From the NCBI GenBank assembly GCA_009694295.1, contig SHVJ01000003.1, forward strand, positions 1 to 54,674: a stretch of DNA of 54,674 bases, in the 5' to 3' direction. The notes beneath the pieces are model-generated. The model ran no database searches, was not told where the DNA came from, and was given only the letters and a program-made list of their open reading frames with translations. Shown here piece by piece: positions 18,703 to 26,842 of this stretch (within the stretch, counting starts at the first letter, position 1; each line of letters starts with the position of its first letter). Source of the stretch: Acidimicrobiia bacterium (GTDB taxonomy: Bacteria; Actinomycetota; Acidimicrobiia; IMCC26256; PALSA-555). The translations under genes and the position numbers were made by a program.

Positions 18703-19113
18703 CTAACGGGTCAGGGTGAAGAGGGCGGCGAGGCGGCATTCGGTGCGGGCGAGCTGCCAGCCTTCGAGATCGACGACATCATTGACGGCGAAGTCGTTGT
18801 GGGCGCGCTTCCGGAGTGTGCGGCGGAGCTCCGCGACGCCGACGTGACCCCACCACTCGTCGGGCGTCTCTCCCTCGGGCGCGAGCGCGGCGAACAACGC
18901 CGAGGCGTCGCGCTCCACGGGCGCGACCGCGAGGTACGCCTCCCCGATGCGCTCTGTACCCGCCGCGTCGCGGAATAGGCGCGCCAGCGTGTCGGCCGGG
19001 CTCGCCGTCGGAACCGCGCCGAACGCGCGACCGACCCAGTTGATCGGCGTTGCCGCGACAGTCAGCGCCGCGGCCATGCCGCCGAGAAACCCGCGTCGTC
19101 CGACGGTGCTCAC
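18703..19113 (-). CDS. Small Tat-signal protein, probable partner subunit of the GMC oxidoreductase
   Basis: VSTVGRRGFLGGMAAALTVAA twin-arginine signal; C-terminal DFAVNDVVDLEGWQLARTECRLAAL; GTGA overlap with the GMC stop. Confidence 0.75.
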   Translation of the reverse strand: MSTVGRRGFLGGMAAALTVAATPINWVGRAFGAVPTASPADTLARLFRDAAGTERIGEAYLAVAPVERDASALFAALAPEGETPDEWWGHVGVAELRRTLRKRAHNDFAVNDVVDLEGWQLARTECRLAALFTLTR

Positions 19114-20660
19114 GTCGTCAGCACCTGGTCGATGCGCTCGGCCATGCGGAGCGCGAGCGCCACGATCGTGAGCGTCGGGTTCGAGAACCCGACCGCAGGG
19201 AACACGGAGCTGCCCGCGATATAGAGGTTGGCGACGCCGTGCACCTGGCAGTCGGTGTCGACCACACCGAGTGTGGGGTCGGTATGCATGCGGGTCGTCC
19301 CCATGTGGTGGTTCCCGTAGACGACGTCGGGTCGCTCGGCCGGACTGCGGTGCAGGCGCGCGAGGCCGAGCCGTCCGAGCTCGCGGGCCATCACCTCCAC
19401 GCCGGTCTCCATCGACTGCCAGTCGTTCGGATCGATCGCCCAATTGAGGTGTGCACGTGGCATGCCGAGCGCGTCCTGCTCGTCGGCCAACGTGACCCGG
19501 CTGTCGGGCGACGGCGTGGGCTCCATGTTCACCAACATCTCGAAGCTGTCGGTCGCGTGCTGCACCTCGCCGCCGTACACGACGATCTCCTTGGACTCGC
19601 GCGTCGGGCCGCGACCCTCCACCGCGCCGATGAGCCCGGTGATGTCGGGATCGTGGATCGTGTCGCCGACCACGCCGACGGGCGGATTGAGCGACGCACT
19701 GAACATCGGGATCCGGTTCGCCGCCGCCGCAGCCGGCGTGAGCGCGAACGCACCCAACAGCGTCCGGCGGATTCCGTTCGCAAGATCGGGGATGCCAGCA
19801 TCGGCGAGGTCGACCCCGACAAAGAAGTAGAGCGCAGGGTCGGGCGCGCGGTCGGCGAGCACCATCTGCCCGACGGCGACCGACGTGTGGTCCATGAAGT
19901 ACCGGCCGACGAGGTCGTGATCGTTCCCGACACCGGCCGGGCTGACATCTCGTGACGAGAGTAAGGTCCGGGCGTTCTCGATCCCGCCGGTGGCGAGCAC
20001 CACGACGGTCGCGTCGACCGCGAACTCGTTGCCCTCGAGCGTGCGCGCATCGACGCCGACCACCCGACCTCCATCGGTCCGCACGTTGACGACGTTGGCG
20101 TGCGTGATGAGCTGGACGTTGCGGGCCTTGACGATCTGCTTCTTGTACTTCGTGGCGAAGTTGGTACCGCCGGCGATCTGGAACACGGCGGTGTCGAGCG
20201 TGTCACCGGCGGGATAGAGCGTTTGTACCCCGTCGAGTCGGTTGATCCACGACGGCGCGTCGTAGTCAAACGGACCGAGGTTGCACATCGGCTGCGCCCG
20301 CTCGTAATACGGCTCCAAGGTGTCGCGACCGAACGGCCAACCGCTCCCGGGCACCCAGTCGCGAGCCTCGAAGTCGCTCGGGTCGAGTGGTCGGCACTGC
20401 CCGGCCCAGTGATTGGTGGAGCCACCGAAGAAGCGCAGTCGCGTAGCGTCGAGGTCGTACGGGATGCCGCTGACCGACCCGCCGTACAAGTCCTGCGTGG
20501 ACTCCGCGTACTTGAAGCCACCGCTCTCGAGCAGCACCACGTCGTGCGGTCCGCCGGCGAGCTCACGGGCGAGCGTGATGCCCGCAGCTCCGCCGCCGAC
20601 GATGCACACATCGGTGCGCACCGTCGTGCCGCGCGGCACCTTGTTCGCGTCGTCCAGCAT
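19110..20660 (-). CDS. GMC-family FAD oxidoreductase
   Basis: DVCIVGGGAAG, FFGGSTNHWAG, LATGGIENARTLL, VGRYFMDH, HHMGTTRM, NLYIAGSSVFP..GFSNPTLTIVALALR. Confidence 0.93.
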   Translation of the reverse strand: MLDDANKVPRGTTVRTDVCIVGGGAAGITLARELAGGPHDVVLLESGGFKYAESTQDLYGGSVSGIPYDLDATRLRFFGGSTNHWAGQCRPLDPSDFEARDWVPGSGWPFGRDTLEPYYERAQPMCNLGPFDYDAPSWINRLDGVQTLYPAGDTLDTAVFQIAGGTNFATKYKKQIVKARNVQLITHANVVNVRTDGGRVVGVDARTLEGNEFAVDATVVVLATGGIENARTLLSSRDVSPAGVGNDHDLVGRYFMDHTSVAVGQMVLADRAPDPALYFFVGVDLADAGIPDLANGIRRTLLGAFALTPAAAAANRIPMFSASLNPPVGVVGDTIHDPDITGLIGAVEGRGPTRESKEIVVYGGEVQHATDSFEMLVNMEPTPSPDSRVTLADEQDALGMPRAHLNWAIDPNDWQSMETGVEVMARELGRLGLARLHRSPAERPDVVYGNHHMGTTRMHTDPTLGVVDTDCQVHGVANLYIAGSSVFPAVGFSNPTLTIVALALRMAERIDQVLTT

Positions 20661-20694
20661 GGGAGGGCGTCAGCCTACCGGCACGCTGCTCCGA

Positions 20695-21264
20695 TCATTG
20701 GGCGTCATCCGTGGGCGCGAGCGCTATGCGCGCGACCTGCTCGTACTCGGCGCCGGTACGCCGGGTGTGACTCTGGAACAGCACCACCTCGCCGACCGGC
20801 CACGCCGGACCGATCGCCATGCCATCGAACGCGACGACGACCTCGCGCAGGTCGCTGGGTGCCTTCAGTCGCGCCAGCGTGAGGTGCGCATGAAACGGGC
20901 GGGTGTCAGGCTCGTACCCGACGGGTGCGAGGAGCGCTCCGACGGCGGTCGCGAGTCGTCCGACCAGCTCGGCGCCTTCGGCCACGCCCAACCACAGCAC
21001 GCGGCCGCGCCCCTCGGCGGGAAACGCGCCTCCACCACCGAGGCGGGCATCACCGCCGGCCTCCGACAGCGCGCCCAGCGCGGTGGCAACCGCGTCCAGG
21101 TCGACATGGTTGCCGAGGAACTGGAGCGTGACGTGCCACTGGTCTCGCATGGTCCAGCGCGCATCGGGCACCGAGCCCCGGAGCGGCGCGGTCGCGGCTT
21201 TGATCGCGTCGAGGACCTCGTCGGATGGCACGACCGCGACGAACGCGCGGCCGGTTGTGCTCAC
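20695..21264 (-). CDS. thpR: RNA 2',3'-cyclic phosphodiesterase (2H family)
   Basis: RAFVAV, WHVTLQFLG and FHAHLTLAR 2H motifs; follows cinA. Confidence 0.92.
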   Translation of the reverse strand: MSTTGRAFVAVVPSDEVLDAIKAATAPLRGSVPDARWTMRDQWHVTLQFLGNHVDLDAVATALGALSEAGGDARLGGGGAFPAEGRGRVLWLGVAEGAELVGRLATAVGALLAPVGYEPDTRPFHAHLTLARLKAPSDLREVVVAFDGMAIGPAWPVGEVVLFQSHTRRTGAEYEQVARIALAPTDDAQ

Positions 21265-21349
21265 CTCTCCCACTCCTGGCGCCTGCGGCGCCGGGACGCT
21301 CCGGCCCGGCTCGCTGCGGCGCCGGGTACCTGCGCCGCGGACGCTCGCC

Positions 21350-22597
21350 TCACGGCAAGGCGTCGAGGCGCAGCCGCACGAGGTTGAGCAACGAAATCGT
21401 GCCGAACTGGCGGATGCGGATCCGGTCGCCTGGCAACCGTGTCTCCACGGCTTCGGTTGGCGCTCCCGGCACCGCGAGCCCGAAGCACACGGTCCCAACC
21501 GCTTGGCCGTCCTGCTCCGCGGGACCGGCGACGCCCGTGACCGCGATACCGACGTCGGCACCCAGCACTCGCTGCGCGCCTTCGGCCATCTGCTTCGCGC
21601 ACTCGAGACTCACGACGTTCTCGGCCGTCACTCCCAGTACCGAACGCTTCACGTCGGTGGCGTACGACACGATCGACCCGCGAAACACATCGCTCGCGCC
21701 GGGCACGTCGGACAGCCGAGTCCCGACCATCCCACCCGTGACCGACTCGGCCACGCCGAGCGTCCAGCCGCGATCGCGCACACGATCCAGGACCGCGCTC
21801 TCCATCGTCTCGTCGTCGACGCCGAACACGAGGTCGCCGAGGATCCTGCGGAGCTCGCGCTCCTCGTCCTCGATGAGCTTGGCTGCGGCGTCCTTGGTCG
21901 CCGCTTTCGCGGTCAGCCGCACGTAGAGACCCTCGATGCCGCGGGCGAGGAATGCGATCGTGGGGTTCTGCTGCGCGTCGACACGGTGGGCGATCATCTC
22001 GGCCAATCCCGACTCCGACGTGCCCCACGTCTTGAGCGACCGTGACACGATCACCGCGCGCTCCCCCGACAGCTCGAGGAGATCGGGCAGCACGAAGTCG
22101 TTCACCATCTGCTGCATCTCGTATGGCACGCCCGGCACCGCGTAGACAACGCGCTTCTTCCCGTCGTCGCCCATCACCTCGGCGCGCACGCCGGGCGCGG
22201 TGCCGATCGGGTTCGGGATGGGCTCGGCGCCGATCGGGATGTCGGCCTGGCGCAGGTTGTTCTGCGGCATGTCGCGCTGGCGAATGCCAAACAACTTGGC
22301 GATGTGCTCCACGAGCTCCTCGCGCCGCTCGAGCTCCACGCCCATGACAGCGGCGATCGCCTCGCGGGTGACGTCGTCGGGCGTGGGGCCGATGCCGCCA
22401 CAGACGATGACGGCATCTGCTTCCCGCAGCAGATCGCGCAGCGCCTCGATCATGCGGTCGAGGTTGTCACCGACCTTGCGATGGTCGTACGTGTCGATGC
22501 CGATCGTGGCGAGCTGCTCGCCGATCCACGCACTGTTGGTGTCGACGATCTGCCCGAGCAGCAGCTCGGTGCCGATGGCGAGGACGTCAGCTCGCAT
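21350..22597 (-). CDS. cinA: Competence/damage-inducible protein CinA (MocF plus PncC domains)
   Basis: AIGTELLLGQIVDTNS, GGIGPTPDDVT, AESVTGG, TGVAGP. Confidence 0.95.
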   Translation of the reverse strand: MRADVLAIGTELLLGQIVDTNSAWIGEQLATIGIDTYDHRKVGDNLDRMIEALRDLLREADAVIVCGGIGPTPDDVTREAIAAVMGVELERREELVEHIAKLFGIRQRDMPQNNLRQADIPIGAEPIPNPIGTAPGVRAEVMGDDGKKRVVYAVPGVPYEMQQMVNDFVLPDLLELSGERAVIVSRSLKTWGTSESGLAEMIAHRVDAQQNPTIAFLARGIEGLYVRLTAKAATKDAAAKLIEDEERELRRILGDLVFGVDDETMESAVLDRVRDRGWTLGVAESVTGGMVGTRLSDVPGASDVFRGSIVSYATDVKRSVLGVTAENVVSLECAKQMAEGAQRVLGADVGIAVTGVAGPAEQDGQAVGTVCFGLAVPGAPTEAVETRLPGDRIRIRQFGTISLLNLVRLRLDALP

Positions 22598-23231
22598 ATT
22601 CGTAATCCCTATATGCCGTGTACACAAGGTCGACCGCCGACGCGATCGAGAAGGCGACCGCGGTCCAGAGCGCTACATCATGCACGCCCGGGTCGTCGGC
22701 CGTCGGAGGGAAGAGGACGAGGCCGACGGCGAGGAACTGGATGTTGACCTTCCACTTGCCGAGCCAACGCGCCGGGAACGACACACCGCGCCGCCCCTCC
22801 ACGATCCGGAACACGGAGATGAAGATCTCGCGGGCCGCCACGATGCCCACTGGGATCCATCCGAACTTCTCGTTGATCGCGAGCGCGATGAAGCCGCCGA
22901 GCACGAGCACCTTGTCGGCCAGCGGGTCGAGGAACGCACCCGAGCGCGTGGTGCCGTCTCGCCGAGCGAGCCAGCCGTCGAGCCAATCGGTGACCCAGAG
23001 CATCAGCCAACCCGTGAACGTGCCCCACGTGGAATGGCCCTCTTGGAGGACCCACACGAGCACCGGGATGCTGAACACCAGGCGCAGGAACGTGACGGCG
23101 TTAGCCGGCGTCCTGATCGCCGTCTCGCTGAACTTGCGAACGCGCTCGCTCGTGACCTCCACCAGCTCACTTGTGGCCGCGGCCAGCTCACTTGCGAGCT
23201 CTCCGCGCTCACGCCGGTCGCCGCGACTCAC
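22587..23231 (-). CDS. pgsA: Phosphatidylglycerophosphate synthase
   Basis: PANAVTFLR, TDWLDGWLARR...GAFLDPLADK; rimO-pgsA-cinA context. Start uncertain. Confidence 0.9.
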   Translation of the reverse strand: MSRGDRRERGELASELAAATSELVEVTSERVRKFSETAIRTPANAVTFLRLVFSIPVLVWVLQEGHSTWGTFTGWLMLWVTDWLDGWLARRDGTTRSGAFLDPLADKVLVLGGFIALAINEKFGWIPVGIVAAREIFISVFRIVEGRRGVSFPARWLGKWKVNIQFLAVGLVLFPPTADDPGVHDVALWTAVAFSIASAVDLVYTAYRDYEYAS

Positions 23232-24625
23232 GGCTTGACCTCGACTGTCTTGGTGGCACTCGCTGGCTTGTCGTGCCCCCCGGTAGCGCCGTCAACCGCT
23301 CCCCAATCCAACGGTTCGGCGACCAGATCGACGCCGAGCGCCTCGGTGACCTTGGCCCGCACCATCAACCCCGGACGTGCGGTGGCGCCGTCGAGTCGAA
23401 CGATGCCGTCGATCTCGGGCGCTTCGCGATGCGTGCGGCCGATCGGGTCGCCGGTGTCCTCGTCGATCCCGTCGACGAGCACCTCGACCTCGGTGCCGGC
23501 GCGCACGAGCGCGTCGCGCGCCGCTTCGGTGATCGGCGACTGCACCTCGTCGCATTCACGCAGCCACTCGGCGACGACGGGTGCCGGCGGCGCGCCGTCC
23601 ATCGTGGCTGCGGGTGTACCCACTTCCGCGGAGTATGGGAAGAAGCCGGCCCAGTCGAGGCTTGCATCGGCGAGGAAGCCGAGCAGCGTGTCGTGCTCGG
23701 CTTCGCGCTCGCCGGGGAACCCGACGATGAACGAGGAGCGGAAGGTGGCGTCGGGTTCCTGCGCGCGGATGCCCCCGATCATCGAGAGGAACCGGTCGCC
23801 GCTCCCCCAGCGCTTCATGCCCTTGAGGAGGGCGCGGTCGGCGTGCTGGAGCGAGAGGTCGAAGTAGGGCACGACGGTGGACAACTCGAGCATCGTGGAC
23901 ACGAGCGGGTCGCGCACTTCGCTCGGGTACAGATAGAGGAGACGGATGCGGCGCAGGCCGAGCGGCCCGAGCTCGGCATCGAGCCGCCGGAGCAGCGGCG
24001 CGAGCGCGCCGGGTTCGCCGGCGTCGCGCCCGTACCAGGCGAGGTCTTGCGCTACGAGCACCAGCTCGGCAACCCCGCCCTCCACGAGCGACCGGGACTC
24101 GGCCACGAGCGAGTCGGGCGTGCGCGACCGCTGCTTGCCCCGGAACGACGGGATGGCGCAGAAGGTGCAGGCGCGGTCGCACCCCTCCGCGACCTTCACG
24201 TACGCCCAGGGCGCGCTCGGAGCGGCGCGGGGCAGCTCGTGCAGGTCGCGCACGCCGATCGGCTTGCGCCGCGGTGAGTCGAGCAACACGGAACCCAGGT
24301 CGCCTTCGCCCGCGAATCCGATGACCGCGTCCGCTTCGGGGATCGCGGCGGCAAGCTCCGCGCCCTCGCGCTCGGCGAGGCAGCCCGTGACCACGAGCTT
24401 GGCGCCCGGTCGGCGCGCCTCGGCGAGCGCGAGGATCGTCTCCACCGACTCACGCCGCGCAGACTCCACGAAGGCGCACGTGTTCACAACGACGAGATCG
24501 GCGTGCTCGGGTGCGCTGGCCGGCACGAGCCCGTCATCGAGCAGCGAGGCGCGCGCCTTGTCGGAGTCGACGGCGTTCTTCGGGCAGCCGAGCGTCTCGA
24601 TCCAAAAGCTCGGCGCCGCGGTCAT
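23228..24625 (-). CDS. rimO: Ribosomal protein S12 methylthiotransferase
   Basis: TLGCPKNAVDS, NTCAFVE, AYVKVAEGCDRACTFCAIPSFRG, RLLYLYP, APEIDG. Confidence 0.96.
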   Translation of the reverse strand: MTAAPSFWIETLGCPKNAVDSDKARASLLDDGLVPASAPEHADLVVVNTCAFVESARRESVETILALAEARRPGAKLVVTGCLAEREGAELAAAIPEADAVIGFAGEGDLGSVLLDSPRRKPIGVRDLHELPRAAPSAPWAYVKVAEGCDRACTFCAIPSFRGKQRSRTPDSLVAESRSLVEGGVAELVLVAQDLAWYGRDAGEPGALAPLLRRLDAELGPLGLRRIRLLYLYPSEVRDPLVSTMLELSTVVPYFDLSLQHADRALLKGMKRWGSGDRFLSMIGGIRAQEPDATFRSSFIVGFPGEREAEHDTLLGFLADASLDWAGFFPYSAEVGTPAATMDGAPPAPVVAEWLRECDEVQSPITEAARDALVRAGTEVEVLVDGIDEDTGDPIGRTHREAPEIDGIVRLDGATARPGLMVRAKVTEALGVDLVAEPLDWGAVDGATGGHDKPASATKTVEVKP

Positions 24626-24759
24626 CCGGACGATGCTACCGGGCGGTCTTCCGTGCTCTCCCAGCGCCGACGCGGGCCGATGAGTCGCTGTCGCCGTGTC
24701 TGATGTCCCGGCACCCACCAAGTGGTGGACGCGCTACCCCGACGTTCCCAGTCAGGCCA

Positions 24760-25290
24760 CTAGTTCTGGTCGCCGTGGGCCACGTCGCCGTGCCCACTGT
24801 CGGCGTGGTCGTTGTGGGCCGCGGTGTCGACGTGGGCGGCGTCGCCGTGCGCGACGTCGATGTGGCCGCCTGGGATGTCAAAGTGGAACGGGGGCGAACC
24901 GGTGTCTAAATGGCCGAAGTTGTTCACGTCGACGTGCGCAGTGTTGACCAGCGGGGTGTCGAAGTGAGGGATGTCGTTCGTCGTGTCAAGGTGTGCGGTA
25001 TCGACGTGCGCGGTGTCGTTGTGCGGCGCGTCGTTGTGCGGCGCGTCGTCGTGCGCGGCGGTGGTGGTCGTCGTGCCACTCGGATTCGCGGCGTCGGTGT
25101 GATCGGCGTGCGAGGCGTCCGTGTGGGCGCCGCCGCACGCGGCGAGGAGGCCACCAAAGCCGAGTGCGACCGGGAGCGTCGCTCCGGCCTGGAGCAGCTC
25201 CCGCCGAGAGAACTGGCGCCGACGGGCGGCGTGCTCCTCGTCCTCGGACGGCAAGGTCGCGTCGTCGTCGTCGCGAGCGTCAGGACTCAT
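24760..25290 (-). CDS. Tat-signal lipoprotein with 19 His-x-Asp repeats; putative substrate of the adjacent rSAM enzyme and methyltransferase
   Basis: ATG at 25290 with GGGGGAG upstream; acidic N-terminus, FSRRELL, hydrophobic stretch, LAAC lipobox, then HTD/HAD/HND/HVD/HLD/HFD/HID/HGD repeats; 176 aa. Confidence 0.85.
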   Translation of the reverse strand: MSPDARDDDDATLPSEDEEHAARRRQFSRRELLQAGATLPVALGFGGLLAACGGAHTDASHADHTDAANPSGTTTTTAAHDDAPHNDAPHNDTAHVDTAHLDTTNDIPHFDTPLVNTAHVDVNNFGHLDTGSPPFHFDIPGGHIDVAHGDAAHVDTAAHNDHADSGHGDVAHGDQN

Positions 25291-26842
25291 CGCCGTCTCC
25301 CCCCAGGAATGTGTCCGGGACTGTAGCGAGCGCGGCCGGCTCGTGCTGGGAGCCGGCCACCGAGAGGCCGGCCTCGCGGGCGAGGGCCTGGAGGCCGCCG
25401 GCCCGGTCGAGCCAGTCGCCGTATGCGTAGACGAGGACCCGGTCGCAGTGGTCCCGCAGCCGCGCACGGAGCGCGGCGGCCCGGTCGGGGCCGATCTCCA
25501 GCAAACGGCCTGGCATGACGAGGGCGAGGGCGAAGCGCCCCGGGTCCGACCACAGATCGTGGTCGGCGAAGAGGTCGCCCACCACGAAGTGCTCGGCGGT
25601 GTCGGGGTGCAGGGCCCGGGCGTGCTCGATGCGGGCGTGCTCGAGGTCGATCCCGAAGGGAACGACGCCCGGCGCGGCCGCCGTGAGCTTCTCGAGGAGG
25701 GCGCCGTTGCCGCAGCCGAGGTCGAGCACGTTGCCGCCCCGGCGCCCGAGCGCGGCCGCGGCCGCCTCGACGACCGGGCGGTGCGCATCGTTCATGGCGG
25801 CGATCGACGGGAACCCGTTGTCGGTCGCGTACCACGCGGCTCGGGCGCGGCCCTGCGGCTCGGCCGCGTGCTCGAGACCCCGCCGGAACCCGCGGCTGGC
25901 GCTGAGACGCAGCTTCACCGGCACCCGGAACGGCGGGCCCAGGCCGTGTGCGCCCTCGGCCGGGAACCCGGTGCCCTCGCGCCGCACCACATAGCGTCCT
26001 GCGGTCGCGTCGGTACGGGTCGACACCTTGAGCACGGGCGTCTTCACCTCGGCGATGCCGTGCAGCGCTGACCACTCCACCGGCCAAGAGAGGACCTCGA
26101 GGAGCCAGTCCATCTCCTCGCCGAAGCCGGCGTCGCGCCCGACCCTCACGAGCGCGTCGGCGAACTCGACGGTCGGCGGGCAGTCGAAGCGGCACGGGAG
26201 GTGCGGGACAGCTCGCGCGCCCATCCAGCGCCAGAGGATGTTCGCCTGCGGCGGGCCCGCGACCTCGATGGTCGTGGTCCCGTCGAGCGAATCGGTGCTG
26301 GCCACCGCCATGGGCCACGTGGTGTCGACCATCGCGTCGTCGACCCACACCCGGCGGAAGAATTCGCGACAGCAGGCCGGGTAGCCGAGCAGGTCGCCGA
26401 TCGTCTCGTCGTCGCCGGCCTCCCACGCGCGCTTGAACGTCGCCACGTCGTCGATCGCACCCACGACGAAGCGGAACACGAACGGTTGGCCCGGCTCGGC
26501 CGAGACGGGTGTGGCCGAGTACGGCTGCCCCGAGACGCCCATCATCTCGATTGGCATCGCGCTGAGGCCGACGTCGGCCCAACGCGTTGCCTCGGTGAGG
26601 AACTCCTCGGGCGACGTGGTCGCGATCGCACAGCGCCGGACGCCGGCCGCCACCGCGCGCCACTCGATCTCGAGCCACGCCGCGGTGATGCGGGTCAGCC
26701 GGGGTTGCCACGCGTCGCGGGCCGCGTCGCTGACCCATGCCACCCGGGTGAAGTCGGGGAGCCGGAAGTCGAGCTGCTCCATCGAGCGGGTCGCCGCCGG
26801 CGCGGTGTTGGGACCGGGCGGCGCGAGCTGGAGGTCAGGCAT
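25280..26842 (-). CDS. Fusion of a Cys-motif N-terminal domain and a C-terminal class I SAM-dependent methyltransferase
   Basis: N-terminal LLGYPACC and HLPCRFDC motifs; C-terminal NVLDLGCGNG, FGIDLE, VVGDLF. Overlaps both neighbouring genes. Confidence 0.85.
   Translation of the reverse strand: MPDLQLAPPGPNTAPAATRSMEQLDFRLPDFTRVAWVSDAARDAWQPRLTRITAAWLEIEWRAVAAGVRRCAIATTSPEEFLTEATRWADVGLSAMPIEMMGVSGQPYSATPVSAEPGQPFVFRFVVGAIDDVATFKRAWEAGDDETIGDLLGYPACCREFFRRVWVDDAMVDTTWPMAVASTDSLDGTTTIEVAGPPQANILWRWMGARAVPHLPCRFDCPPTVEFADALVRVGRDAGFGEEMDWLLEVLSWPVEWSALHGIAEVKTPVLKVSTRTDATAGRYVVRREGTGFPAEGAHGLGPPFRVPVKLRLSASRGFRRGLEHAAEPQGRARAAWYATDNGFPSIAAMNDAHRPVVEAAAAALGRRGGNVLDLGCGNGALLEKLTAAAPGVVPFGIDLEHARIEHARALHPDTAEHFVVGDLFADHDLWSDPGRFALALVMPGRLLEIGPDRAAALRARLRDHCDRVLVYAYGDWLDRAGGLQALAREAGLSVAGSQHEPAALATVPDTFLGGDGDES

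Noticed and set aside
15041-24625. MiaB and RimO radical SAM genes as parts of the HxD system
   Set aside because: They are standard methylthiotransferases in their usual housekeeping context.
25287-26738. 483-aa alternative-frame ORF, and the 5' extension of the precursor ORF to 25788
   Set aside because: Both are Arg/Pro-rich off-frame readings of the methyltransferase gene; the precursor has an RBS at ATG 25290.
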